Source: Lacunisphaera sp. (lineage in GTDB: Bacteria; Verrucomicrobiota; Verrucomicrobiia; Opitutales; Opitutaceae). Taken from it: 64,000 bases of DNA. Made by a program: the position numbers and the translations under genes. The notes under the pieces are model-generated. The model was not told the DNA's origin, made no database searches, and worked only from the letters and a program-made list of their open reading frames with translations. How positions within the stretch are numbered: the stretch's first letter is position 1; each line of letters opens with the position of its first letter. This document shows, in pieces, positions 23,895-33,216 of the stretch. The DNA lies in assembly GCA_036401015.1 (NCBI GenBank), contig DASWWD010000003.1, positions 37,912-101,911 on the forward strand, given 5' to 3'.

Positions 23895-25016
23895 TCAGTT
23901 CTTAAATTGCACGTCCCAGATCTTCGAGCGGCGCGACGTGCCGTCGGGGCCGGTGACTTCCAGGAGGACCACGTAGTTGCCGGCCTTGGCGTAGGTGTGC
24001 TGCGGGTGTTGCTCGGTGGAGGTCGTGCCGTCGCCGAAATCCCATTTCCAAGCCGTGACCGTGCCGACCGACAGGTCCTTGAACGCCACGAGCCGGCGGT
24101 CCATGTCGACCACGGTCCAGGTCCACTGGGCGCCGATCTTCGGCCGGAGCGAGGGCTCGAGCGGCATGAGGCGGAAGGCGCACAGCCCGGAGGCGTTGCC
24201 GAGCGCCATGCGCTTGGGCGAAAGCATCCAGAAGCCGCGCGGGGTCTTGCCATCGTAATCCAGCACGATCCACGAGAGGCCGATGAGCTTGTTCTCCGTC
24301 AGGGCCGACTCGACCGCGCGCGCCGGGCCCTCGGGGCCGGCGTAGTCGAAGGGCGTGATCCAGAACTCGAGCGTGTATTTGCCACCCTCCCCGTGCTTGA
24401 AGTTGAACGCCTGGGCCGCGTTGGCCCACGGCAGCTCCTTGGTCCAGGTGGCGGCGCCCCAGGCCATGGTCCAGTCCTTGTCCACGGCGGGCGTCATGAT
24501 GTGGTAGTTCTGCGCGTGGACGCCGTGGACCGCCCACTTGAGCTCGCTGTCGCTGAGGCGGGCCTCGGGGGCCGCCAGCGCGCCGATGTTCTCCGCGGTC
24601 CAGTAGCGGTTGTTGTCCCGCCCGACAAAAGTCCCGCCCGAGGCGTCGCCGTCCACCATGAGCTCGAAGGTATCGTTGCGCAGGCCCGGCTCGGCAAAGT
24701 CCCAGAAATCGTCCTCGGCCTCGTAGAGAAAATAGAGGCGGTTGAGCCCCTTGACCCAGCCGACCTTGACCCGCACGGCGAGCGACTTGTCGCCGGCCGC
24801 GGGCGGGGTCTTCACATCATTGGTGAGCTGGTCCTTGCCGATGACGTAGCTCTCCGGGACCATGGCCCAGTCGGCGGTGTCGCCGTCGATGCGCGGGATC
24901 TTGTCCGCCGGGAACTGGAACACCTGGTAGGTGACGTCGGGTTTTTCGAGGGCCTGGGCGGCCGGCGCGAGGAGGAGCGCCAGCGCCACGGGGAGCAACG
25001 GGACAAAGCGGGACAT
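23895..25016 (-). CDS. Secreted protein: CBM9/DOMON-like domain plus C-terminal PKD domain
   Basis: Signal peptide; PRIDGDTADW, YTLEFWITPFD; PKD motif FKDLS.G..TAWKWDFGDGTTSTEQHPQHTY. Confidence 0.8.
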   Translation of the reverse strand: MSRFVPLLPVALALLLAPAAQALEKPDVTYQVFQFPADKIPRIDGDTADWAMVPESYVIGKDQLTNDVKTPPAAGDKSLAVRVKVGWVKGLNRLYFLYEAEDDFWDFAEPGLRNDTFELMVDGDASGGTFVGRDNNRYWTAENIGALAAPEARLSDSELKWAVHGVHAQNYHIMTPAVDKDWTMAWGAATWTKELPWANAAQAFNFKHGEGGKYTLEFWITPFDYAGPEGPARAVESALTENKLIGLSWIVLDYDGKTPRGFWMLSPKRMALGNASGLCAFRLMPLEPSLRPKIGAQWTWTVVDMDRRLVAFKDLSVGTVTAWKWDFGDGTTSTEQHPQHTYAKAGNYVVLLEVTGPDGTSRRSKIWDVQFKN

Positions 25017-25028
25017 AAGATGCGGGGG

Positions 25029-25871
25029 TTACTTGCGGACCGAAGAATGCGGAATGTCATCGGCCACGATCTTGAGCGGGCCGAGGGTGACCGTGCCGCG
25101 CCGGGCGCGGCGGTGCAACGCCACCGGCTCGGCGGTCTCGCGGCCGAAATAGGGCCCGGCGGTCAGGACGAGCGGCGGCAGGCTGTCCTTCATCGACACG
25201 CCGTTCGTCGCGACGGTCATCATTGTGCGCCAGAGCAGCCGGCGTTCGCCCGCGGCGAGGGCCGCGTAGTCGTAGGCCGAGACGATGACGAAATAGATGT
25301 CGTCGCTGACCTGGTTGATCAGGAAATTCTTGCGCGGCGTGCGGTCGGCGAAGGTGTAGCCGTAGTTGAACTGGTTCATGATCTCGTGCCGGAAGGCGCG
25401 GCCGCCCACGAGATAGGCCCGTTCCATGAAATACTGCCGGTTGCGCTCGGGAAACAGGGCCCCGAGGTCCGGATCCATGCTCTGGTGCGAGCCCCAGTAA
25501 TAAATCAGCGCCAGCCCGGCCGGCCGGCCTTCCGGCGCCGGCTGGTAGCCGCCCTCCGCGAGCGCCTGGAACAGCGTGTCCTGCAGCACCGCCGGCGTGG
25601 GTGAGATCACCCCGCTGATCGGCTCGCCCTGCGACTGCAGGCCCCGGTCCACGGCCACGAAATAAACGGGCGCCGCCGCCGAGGCTGGCGGCACCTTCCG
25701 GCCAAGCTCGGTCAGCTCGGTGTAGACGGTCATGGACAGGCTCGGATTCCGGGAAAAGGCGTTCGGGATGAGGCTGAAGCCGAAATCCTCCGGCACCGGC
25801 TCGGCCGCGCCGGCCAGGGTCAGCAGGCTGCCCAGGGCGGCGGTCGGCAGCAGGCAGGCGGAGGCTTTCAT
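25029..25871 (-). CDS. Secreted hypothetical protein
   Basis: ATG at 25871, signal-like N-terminus, GC3-biased frame, operon context. Confidence 0.65.
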   Translation of the reverse strand: MKASACLLPTAALGSLLTLAGAAEPVPEDFGFSLIPNAFSRNPSLSMTVYTELTELGRKVPPASAAAPVYFVAVDRGLQSQGEPISGVISPTPAVLQDTLFQALAEGGYQPAPEGRPAGLALIYYWGSHQSMDPDLGALFPERNRQYFMERAYLVGGRAFRHEIMNQFNYGYTFADRTPRKNFLINQVSDDIYFVIVSAYDYAALAAGERRLLWRTMMTVATNGVSMKDSLPPLVLTAGPYFGRETAEPVALHRRARRGTVTLGPLKIVADDIPHSSVRK

Positions 25872-25887
25872 GGCGGCGCGACGTGGC

Positions 25888-27333
25888 TCAGAAATGAGAC
25901 GGGGACGGGGCGAACTGGACGGAGCTGTCGTTGATGTTGGCGGTGGCGCCCTTGCCCTGGCGCAGCGTAAGCACCTCGGCACCGGCGAGCAGCACCGGGC
26001 CGTAGCCGTGCGCGGCAAACGGGCTGACGGGCCGGTAATAATAAAACATCGGGTCGAAGCCCATGCCGGTGCCGACGCAGGTGTTCTCGACCTGGCCCTG
26101 CGCGTTGACCTGTTTCGCGACCGCGTTCCAGCCGAGCGAGACCATCGGGCCGTAGGCGAGCGGGTCGAGCCAGCCGCGGTTGATGCCGCGCGCGATGGAA
26201 TAGACGAACATGGCGGAGGCGGAGGTCTCGAGGTAGGAATCGTTGCGGTCGAGCAGCTGGTGCCAGAGGCCGGTGCGGCCCTGGGTGGCGGCGAGGCCCG
26301 CGACGTGCGCCCGGTATTGGGCGAGCACGGCGGCGCGGCCCGGGTGGTTTTCCGGCAGGACGGAGAGCAGCTCGGTCATGGCGACGACCGCCCAACCGTT
26401 GGCGCGGCCCCAGTGGAACGCGGGATGCGGATCCATCGCCTCGACCCAGCCGTGGCGGTAGAGATTGTTTTCCGGCAAAAACATCCGGGAAGAGAACTGC
26501 AGGATCTGCTTCACGGCGTCGTCGAAGTATTTCACCTCGCCGGTCAGCGCGCCCATCTGGGCCAGCGCGGGGACGCTCATGTAGAGGTCGTCGAGCCAGA
26601 GCGTGTTGTGCAGCGGGCGGCTGCGCGACAACGTGCCGTCGGCGAGGCGTTCCTGGCCGGTGTGGATCCACTTCAGGTAGTTGTCGATCCACGGGCGGAG
26701 CGTGGCGGGCTCGATGCCGGCGCGGGCGGCCTTGATGAAGGCGGCCGCCATCGAGCCGGAGTCGTCGAGGCTGCGCGGCGCGATGACCGCACGGAGCGCC
26801 ATCGCGCGCTGCGGGCCGGTCGCGTCGGCGGGCGGCGGCGGCAGGGTCTTGATGTGCGCCGCGACGGTGGCGATGGCGTGCAGGCGGGTGGCGGCGTAGT
26901 CCTTGTAACGCGCGTCGCCCGTGGCCTCGGCCGCGAGCAGCATGCCGGCGTAGGTGACGCCCCACTCGTAGCTGGTGATGAGGAAGTCGGTGCGGTCAAA
27001 GGCGACGGGGCCAGAGAGCTTGGTCAGGTCGGTGACGGGTTCGCGCGTGTTGCGGTCGATGATCCTGACCACCTTGACCGGGCTGGCCGTCTCCAGGTAG
27101 CCGACGATGCGGGTGAGCACGGCCTTGATCTCGTCGGGCGTGGCCGGGGTGTAGGGCGTCGGGTAGGCGGGCGCGACGCGGCCGGCGAAGGCCTGGGCCG
27201 CCTGGGCCGGAGGCAGGGAACTGGGTGCGGCATGGGCCGGGGGCAAAGCGGTGGCCGCCGGCGGGGGCGTGGTTTGGGCGAGGAGCGGCGCGGCAAGCAG
27301 CAGGCCGAGGGTGAGCAGGAAGGGGTGTTTCAT
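25888..27333 (-). CDS. GH105 (GH88/105) unsaturated rhamnogalacturonyl hydrolase
   Basis: SYEWGVTY, LWLDDLYMS, HWGRANGWA, GLWHQLLD, YLETSASAMF, HGYGPVLLA. Confidence 0.92.
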   Translation of the reverse strand: MKHPFLLTLGLLLAAPLLAQTTPPPAATALPPAHAAPSSLPPAQAAQAFAGRVAPAYPTPYTPATPDEIKAVLTRIVGYLETASPVKVVRIIDRNTREPVTDLTKLSGPVAFDRTDFLITSYEWGVTYAGMLLAAEATGDARYKDYAATRLHAIATVAAHIKTLPPPPADATGPQRAMALRAVIAPRSLDDSGSMAAAFIKAARAGIEPATLRPWIDNYLKWIHTGQERLADGTLSRSRPLHNTLWLDDLYMSVPALAQMGALTGEVKYFDDAVKQILQFSSRMFLPENNLYRHGWVEAMDPHPAFHWGRANGWAVVAMTELLSVLPENHPGRAAVLAQYRAHVAGLAATQGRTGLWHQLLDRNDSYLETSASAMFVYSIARGINRGWLDPLAYGPMVSLGWNAVAKQVNAQGQVENTCVGTGMGFDPMFYYYRPVSPFAAHGYGPVLLAGAEVLTLRQGKGATANINDSSVQFAPSPSHF

Positions 27334-27359
27334 GGATGCGAAGCGGGTTGAGTCGGAAA

Positions 27360-29027
27360 TCAGAGAGCGCCGTCGATCCTCAGGGAGACGGCGTGTTCAC
27401 TGGGCAGGTTGCCGGGCAGGCGAACCGAGAGGCCTTTATCGTCCTGGGACCATTCCAGCGGGCCGGACCCGCCGAGGAGCGTCACGCCGGTGACCCGGCC
27501 CCGGGCGTGGGGCGAGTTTGTGGCGAGGGAGGTGATAACGACGGGCTGGCCGGCGGCGGGCAGCTCCATGACGACGGCGTAGAGCGCCCCACCCTTCGTG
27601 GTGAAGCGGAGGTCGGCGGCGGTGTAGGGCTTGCTGCGGACATCGCGGGCGCCGCCGAACTGGCCGGACTCGTGTTTCTCCACGGTGGAGGGTCCCTCGC
27701 CGTATATCACCCAGGGCCGCGTCGCGTAGATGGCCTCGCTGTTCACGTCCATCCACCTCGCCAGGCCGCCGAGGAAGGCGATCTCATCCTCGTCGAGCGA
27801 ACCGTCGCCGCGCACGGGCACGTTAAGCAGGAGGTTGCCGTTCTTGCTGACGATGTCGGCCAGCATGCGCACGACCTGGGCGACGGTCTTGTATTTGTGC
27901 TGCTCGAAGATCCGCCGGTCGTAATGCCAGGCGCCGATGCAGGTGTCGGTCTGCCAGGGCAGCGGCCGGATCCCGGTGGCGACGCCGCGCTCGATGTCCT
28001 GGACGCCCGCGGCCTCCTGGGCGGGCTCGAGGTGCTTGGTGTTCATCACGGCCTGGACCTTGCCGCCGTGGCGCGCGGCGTTGGCGTTGTAGAAGTGCGC
28101 GACGAACTCGAGGCCGGTCTGGCCGAACGGGATGCCGGTGTCGTCAAAGTAGAAGAGATCCGGCTGATATTTGTCCACGAGGTCCTGGGCGCGGAAGAAC
28201 CAGTTGTCCGAGTATCCCCGGTCGAGCGGCGGGATGATCTCCCACCAGTGGCCGTCGACCTTGCGGTGCCAGTCGTTGGCGTCCTTGACGGTCTGCACGC
28301 TGGCCGGCACCGGCAGGCGCAGGCCGGCATAGAGATCCTGCGGGTCGAGGCCCTCCCACCACTTCCCCGCCCCGTCGGCCTTGGTGAGCGTCGCGGCGTC
28401 ATAGGGCACGCCGGCGAGCGGCCCCTCGCGATCGTGATCATAGGCCGGCTGGAACCAGTGCCAGGTGTGCGAAGCGTGGTTGGTCACGCCGAACTTCAGG
28501 CCGCGCGCGCGGGCGAGCTTCGCCCAGGTGCCGACGATGTCGCGCTTCGGGCCGACGTTGACGGAGTTCCACGCGTGATACTTCGAGTCGTAGGCGTCGA
28601 AGTTGTCGTGGTGGTTGGCGAGCGCCACGAAGTATTTCGCGCCGGCCTTCACATAGAGGTCCATCATCTTCTCCGGCTCCCATTTCTCGGCCCGCCAGAG
28701 GTGGTCGAGTTCCATGAAGCCGAACTTCGAGGGGTGCCCGTAGTGCTCGACATGATATTTATACTGCGGCGAGCCCTCCAGATACATGTTGCGCGCATAC
28801 CAGTCGCCCTGCTCGGGCACGCATTGGGCCGACCAGTGGGCCCAGATGCCGAACTTCGCGTCGCGAAACCAGTCCGGCGCCTGGTAGTTCTGCGTGAGGG
28901 AATCCCAGGACGGCTGGAACGGCCCGGGGGCGACCGTGCGGGTCGCGGGCAGCGGGGCCGGGGGCGCGATGACGGCCCGCACGACGACGGTCAGGGCGAG
29001 CGGAAGAAGCAGCCGGAGGAGGTTCAT
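27360..29027 (-). CDS. GH29 alpha-L-fucosidase-family glycosidase (secreted)
   Basis: WFRDAKFGIWAHW, ANHHDNFD, FYFDD, IVSKNGNLLLN, NSEAIYATRPW. Confidence 0.92.
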   Translation of the reverse strand: MNLLRLLLPLALTVVVRAVIAPPAPLPATRTVAPGPFQPSWDSLTQNYQAPDWFRDAKFGIWAHWSAQCVPEQGDWYARNMYLEGSPQYKYHVEHYGHPSKFGFMELDHLWRAEKWEPEKMMDLYVKAGAKYFVALANHHDNFDAYDSKYHAWNSVNVGPKRDIVGTWAKLARARGLKFGVTNHASHTWHWFQPAYDHDREGPLAGVPYDAATLTKADGAGKWWEGLDPQDLYAGLRLPVPASVQTVKDANDWHRKVDGHWWEIIPPLDRGYSDNWFFRAQDLVDKYQPDLFYFDDTGIPFGQTGLEFVAHFYNANAARHGGKVQAVMNTKHLEPAQEAAGVQDIERGVATGIRPLPWQTDTCIGAWHYDRRIFEQHKYKTVAQVVRMLADIVSKNGNLLLNVPVRGDGSLDEDEIAFLGGLARWMDVNSEAIYATRPWVIYGEGPSTVEKHESGQFGGARDVRSKPYTAADLRFTTKGGALYAVVMELPAAGQPVVITSLATNSPHARGRVTGVTLLGGSGPLEWSQDDKGLSVRLPGNLPSEHAVSLRIDGAL

Positions 29028-29032
29028 GCAGT

Positions 29033-30127
29033 TCAGGGGTTGGAGGGGGAAAGCGAAGGCAGCTCGGGCACATCCGCGAGGTCGCGGTCGAGGGCCGCGC
29101 CGTCGAAGGGGATCACGATGACCTTGTTGCCGTGGCGGTCGTTACCTTTCTCCTCGTTCTTCGGCACATCCAGCACGGCGAGCGTGACGGCGACCACGTG
29201 GCCGTCCTCGATGACGACACCGGGGCGCTCGAGCTTGTCCCAGCGGTTCAAGGTGCCGTCGGTGTAACGGACAAAATCCCGGGTCGGGTCGTAGGCGAGG
29301 CCGCGCAGCGTCCAGCCGGTGATGCCGTCCCGCGAGGTGAGGTGGAAGGCCTTCCGCTGGCTCCAGCTGTTGACGACGATGTGGTAGCGTCCGCCGCTGA
29401 ACCAGATGACGGGATCCTCGAGGGCGCGCTGCTCGAGGCCGGCGATGCCCGGATAGATGCTCGGGCCCTGGGCCTTGTATGGCCCGAGAATGCCGGACTT
29501 GCTGATCAGGATCTGCCCGGAGCGCGGCACGATCTGAAAATCGCCGTCGGGCCGGACCATGACGCTGTAGTTGGAGGCACGCTTCCGCACATCGCCCTCC
29601 GTGACGATGGTGCCGAGTTCCTCCCACAGGCCGTCGAGCGACCTGGACACAAAGACCGTGCCGGGGCGCGTCTCGCTGATCACGATGGCGTAACGGCCGT
29701 CGGGCAGCCGGAGCGCCGTGACGTTGTGCCCCTTGCCGCCCTGATTGTCGGGCCAGCAGAGGCCCTGATCCACATAAGGACCGTAAAGATTCTCGCTGAC
29801 GCCATGGACGGCGACGGAATCAAACCAGCCGTTGTGGCCCTTGGGCTCGTCCCACCGGCTGGCGAAGATATGATAGCGGCCGTCGGGGCCCTTGATGACT
29901 TGGCCGTCCCAGTAGCAATACCGGTTGGCGACGTCCTCGAGGCCGTTGCGCGGGTCGCGCGGCAGGACGCCGGGGGCGCCCCACACCTCGGCCGACAACG
30001 GGCCCTGCGGCGGGATCGGCCGGAAGTAATCGATAAAGGTCTTGCCGGCGGGTGCGGCCGGCGTATGGGCCAGCAACGGCCCGGCCAGCACCAGTCCGAG
30101 GATGGCGGAAGTGAAACGGGGTGACAT
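29033..30127 (-). CDS. Five-bladed beta-propeller glycoside hydrolase (GH43/117/130-like)
   Basis: YWDGQVIKGPDGRYHIFASRW, LEDPVIW, LERPGV; start taken at MSPRFTS. Confidence 0.75.
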   Translation of the reverse strand: MSPRFTSAILGLVLAGPLLAHTPAAPAGKTFIDYFRPIPPQGPLSAEVWGAPGVLPRDPRNGLEDVANRYCYWDGQVIKGPDGRYHIFASRWDEPKGHNGWFDSVAVHGVSENLYGPYVDQGLCWPDNQGGKGHNVTALRLPDGRYAIVISETRPGTVFVSRSLDGLWEELGTIVTEGDVRKRASNYSVMVRPDGDFQIVPRSGQILISKSGILGPYKAQGPSIYPGIAGLEQRALEDPVIWFSGGRYHIVVNSWSQRKAFHLTSRDGITGWTLRGLAYDPTRDFVRYTDGTLNRWDKLERPGVVIEDGHVVAVTLAVLDVPKNEEKGNDRHGNKVIVIPFDGAALDRDLADVPELPSLSPSNP

Positions 30128-30134
30128 GGGGTAT

Positions 30135-32171
30135 TTAGGGACGGACCGAGGGGTAACGGATCTGCGGTCGGGGTGGAAGCGGCGCGGATTCGTCCAGATA
30201 GAAACTCGGGTGCGGCGGCTGGTTGTAGGCGGTGTTCTGCCAGGCCACGGCGACACGATATTGCGCATCGTGCATGAAGGTCACAAGCCGGTGCTTGGTC
30301 GGGATCGTGCTCGTGTAGATGCGCAGCTCCTTCTTGTCACGGGAGGCCCAGATGACCTCCTCGCGCCAGTCGCCCCACAGGTCGGCGCTGACGGCGGGCG
30401 TGGCCTTCGTGCCGTTGCCCGAGGTCGAGGCGTGGGCCACGAGCAGTGGGTCGATGGAGGAGGTTTCCCAGTTCCACTTCACGATGCGGTTGCCATCGAG
30501 GAGTTCGGAGAGGAGGTCGCCGTCCCAGTAGATGCCGAAATTGACGGGCATGCCGCGCGGGCGTTTCTCGATGAATTTCCGGCCGGTGGCGTCGTGGATG
30601 CCGTCCATCTCGGCGCCGGCGGCCCAGGACTCGGCGCCCGGGAAACGCGGGTCGATGTTGAAGGTGTTGCCGCGGCCCGGGCCCTCGCCGGCGTCGCCGC
30701 CCTCGGTGGCGGCCTTGACGGACGGGATCGTGAAGATCGGCTTCCCGGTGCGGGCGTCGCGCAGGCTCAGGCCCTGCTTATCAAAGCGCTCCTGGATGTC
30801 GCCGACCTCGAGACCCGGGTTGTCGGGCACAAAATCGCCGACATGCAACGCGTCACCGTGGCCCCAGCCCGTCGAGTAGAGGCCGGTGCCGTTGTCATCG
30901 ACGACCATGGCGCCGTAGATGATCTCGTCCCGGCCGTCGCCATCGACGTCGGCAACGGAGAGGTTGTGGTTCCCCTGCCCGCGCCACGGGTTGGTCTTGT
31001 CGGGTGGTCCGAGCTTGTCGCTGTCGAAGACCCAGCGCGAGGTGAGCTTGCCGTCGCGCCAGTCCCACGCAGCGATGACCGAGCGCGTGTAATAGCCGCG
31101 GCACATGAGCAGGCTGGGCAGCTCGCCGTCGAGGTAGGCCACGCCCGCGAGAAAACGGTCGGAACGGTTGGCGTAGGCGTCACCCCAGATTTCCTTAAAC
31201 TGGTCGCCGGTCGGGTTGTCCGTGTCCGGATGCCGGCCGGGCAGATACTTGGTCGTGGCCAGCGCGGCACCCGTGAGGCCATCGAAGATCGTGAGGTATT
31301 CGGGCCCGCGCATGATGCGGCCCTCGAGCGGGGCGACGCGGCGGCCATCGGACGTGGTGGCACTGCCCGAACGGTCGCCTGTGGGCGCCGGCGTCGCCGT
31401 GGCCGGTTCGCGCCAGTCAGCGTTCGCGTCGCCGATGATCTTGCCGGTGCCATCGATCGTGCCGTCGGCCGTCTTGCAGGCGACCTCGGCGCGGCCGTCG
31501 CCGTCAAAATCCATCACCATGAACATGGTGTAGTGCGCGCCCTCGCGGATGTTTTTGCCGAGGTTGATCGTCCAGAGCTGTTTTCCCTCGAGTGTGTAGG
31601 CCTGCAACAGCGTCTCGCCGGTCAGGCCGGCCTGGGAGTTGTCCCGCGGGCGCTGCTCCTGCTTGAGGATGATCTCGTAGCGGCCGTCGCCATCGAGGTC
31701 GCCGAGCGAAGCGTCGTTGGGCGTGTAGCCGTCCGGCGTGACAATCGGCACGGCATGATAAGGCAGGGGCGGCGCGCCGGCCGGCAGCGCGAAGGCCGGG
31801 CTTGGCGCGCCCTCGGTGCCGTCCACCACGGGGCGGACAAAATATTTCGTTGCCCGCTCGAGGCGGGCGCCGGGGTCGAGGAACCAGGTGGGGCCGGTCA
31901 GCGGCGCGGCATTGAGCCGGACGACCGGCTCCTCGCGGTTGCGCGGAGCGTTGCCGAAGGCACCGCCGGCCACGGGCGCGGTCTCGCGGTAGAGATTGAA
32001 GGCCGTGCCCTCGGGGTCCGAGGCCAGCAGCCGCCAGCTGACGAAGACCTTGCCGTCCGGTTGGTGGACGGCCACGACGCCGCGGTCGAGCCGTTCCATG
32101 ATGCGGGTGGCGGCCGGGGCGAATACGGACAGGACAAACGCAAACAGGACGACGCTGGATGGACGAAGCAT
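30135..32171 (-). CDS. Rhamnogalacturonan lyase PL11 (YesW/YesX-like)
   Basis: MERLDRGVVA, VFVSWR, GDLDGDGRYEII, NIREGAHYT, CRGYYTR, QGNHNLS, GHGDALH, YNQPPHPSFY. Confidence 0.95.
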   Translation of the reverse strand: MLRPSSVVLFAFVLSVFAPAATRIMERLDRGVVAVHQPDGKVFVSWRLLASDPEGTAFNLYRETAPVAGGAFGNAPRNREEPVVRLNAAPLTGPTWFLDPGARLERATKYFVRPVVDGTEGAPSPAFALPAGAPPLPYHAVPIVTPDGYTPNDASLGDLDGDGRYEIILKQEQRPRDNSQAGLTGETLLQAYTLEGKQLWTINLGKNIREGAHYTMFMVMDFDGDGRAEVACKTADGTIDGTGKIIGDANADWREPATATPAPTGDRSGSATTSDGRRVAPLEGRIMRGPEYLTIFDGLTGAALATTKYLPGRHPDTDNPTGDQFKEIWGDAYANRSDRFLAGVAYLDGELPSLLMCRGYYTRSVIAAWDWRDGKLTSRWVFDSDKLGPPDKTNPWRGQGNHNLSVADVDGDGRDEIIYGAMVVDDNGTGLYSTGWGHGDALHVGDFVPDNPGLEVGDIQERFDKQGLSLRDARTGKPIFTIPSVKAATEGGDAGEGPGRGNTFNIDPRFPGAESWAAGAEMDGIHDATGRKFIEKRPRGMPVNFGIYWDGDLLSELLDGNRIVKWNWETSSIDPLLVAHASTSGNGTKATPAVSADLWGDWREEVIWASRDKKELRIYTSTIPTKHRLVTFMHDAQYRVAVAWQNTAYNQPPHPSFYLDESAPLPPRPQIRYPSVRP

Positions 32172-32188
32172 GGGGTGGGGTTTTGGCA

Positions 32189-32263
32189 AAAGGCCGAAGG
32201 ATGAAGGGAAAATCAAGAAACGCCGGAAGTCTGGATTCCTAATTCTTACTTCATTCTTCCACC
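32189..32263. repeat. Degenerate heptamer palindrome (GAAGG/TTCnT family)
   Basis: GAAGGAT GAAGGGA ... TTCCTAA TTCTTAC TTCATTC TTCCACC. Confidence 0.55.
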
Positions 32264-32276
32264 TTTGAATTGAAGC

Positions 32277-33191
32277 TCACTGCTTGACGGCAGTGAGCAA
32301 CCCACGGTTACGGAGCCACTCGGCGGCACGCGCCGGCCATTCGGATGAAGTGCCGAGGCCGTCCTTCATGCCCATGCCGTGGCCGCCGTGCTCGAACAAA
32401 TACATCTCGGCGGGCACCTTGGCCCGGGTGAGCGCCTGGTAGAAGAGTATGCTGTTTTCGACCGGCACCGACTGGTCCGCCTGGGTGTGGATGAGCAGGG
32501 TCGGCGGCGTGGCGGCGGTCACCTGTTTTTCCATGGAAGCCAGGTTCAGCAGTTCGGGCGACGGGTTGTCGCCGAGCAGGTTCTTGCGCGAGCCGGCGTG
32601 GGCGTGCGGGTCGTCCATGGTGATGACCGGATACATGAGGATGAGGAAGTCGGGCCGCGCGCTGGTGGCATCGAGCGCCGCGCCGGTCTTGCCTTCCGGG
32701 TGATCAAACAACGTGCCGGCGCTGGCGGCGAGGTGGCCGCCGGCCGAGCTGCCCATGACGCCGATACGGGCGGGGTTGACCTTGAAGTCGGCGGCCCGCG
32801 AGCGGACCATGCGCACGGCACGCAAGACGTCCTGCAGCGGCGCCGGGTGGCCGAATTCCTTCATGCGGTATTTCAAGACGAAGGAGGTGACGCCCAGCGA
32901 GCTCAGCCAGTTGGCATATTGCACACCCTCGCGCTCGGTGGAGAGCATGCCGTAGCCGCCGCCCGGGGCGATGATGACCGCGGTGCCGTTGGGCCGGTCG
33001 ATTGCCGGAGCATAGATGGTCAGGGTGGGCTCGGAGACGTTGGCGATGCGACCGCCGGACTCGCTGCGCTCGTCGCCGATGGCCTTGGCGCCGGGCACGC
33101 CTTCCGGCCAGAGGGGAATGACGACAGGCAGGGCGGCTTCACTGAGGGTGACGATGGCAGTCATGAGGAGGGGCAGGATGATCTTTTTCAT
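32277..33191 (-). CDS. Secreted alpha/beta-hydrolase carbohydrate esterase (BD-FAE-like)
   Basis: IAPGGGY, GVMGSSAGGHL, LMYPVI, DQSVP, GGHGMG. Confidence 0.88.
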   Translation of the reverse strand: MKKIILPLLMTAIVTLSEAALPVVIPLWPEGVPGAKAIGDERSESGGRIANVSEPTLTIYAPAIDRPNGTAVIIAPGGGYGMLSTEREGVQYANWLSSLGVTSFVLKYRMKEFGHPAPLQDVLRAVRMVRSRAADFKVNPARIGVMGSSAGGHLAASAGTLFDHPEGKTGAALDATSARPDFLILMYPVITMDDPHAHAGSRKNLLGDNPSPELLNLASMEKQVTAATPPTLLIHTQADQSVPVENSILFYQALTRAKVPAEMYLFEHGGHGMGMKDGLGTSSEWPARAAEWLRNRGLLTAVKQ

Positions 33192-33216
33192 CGCGAGGGT
33201 GATTTTAGCGACCGGC

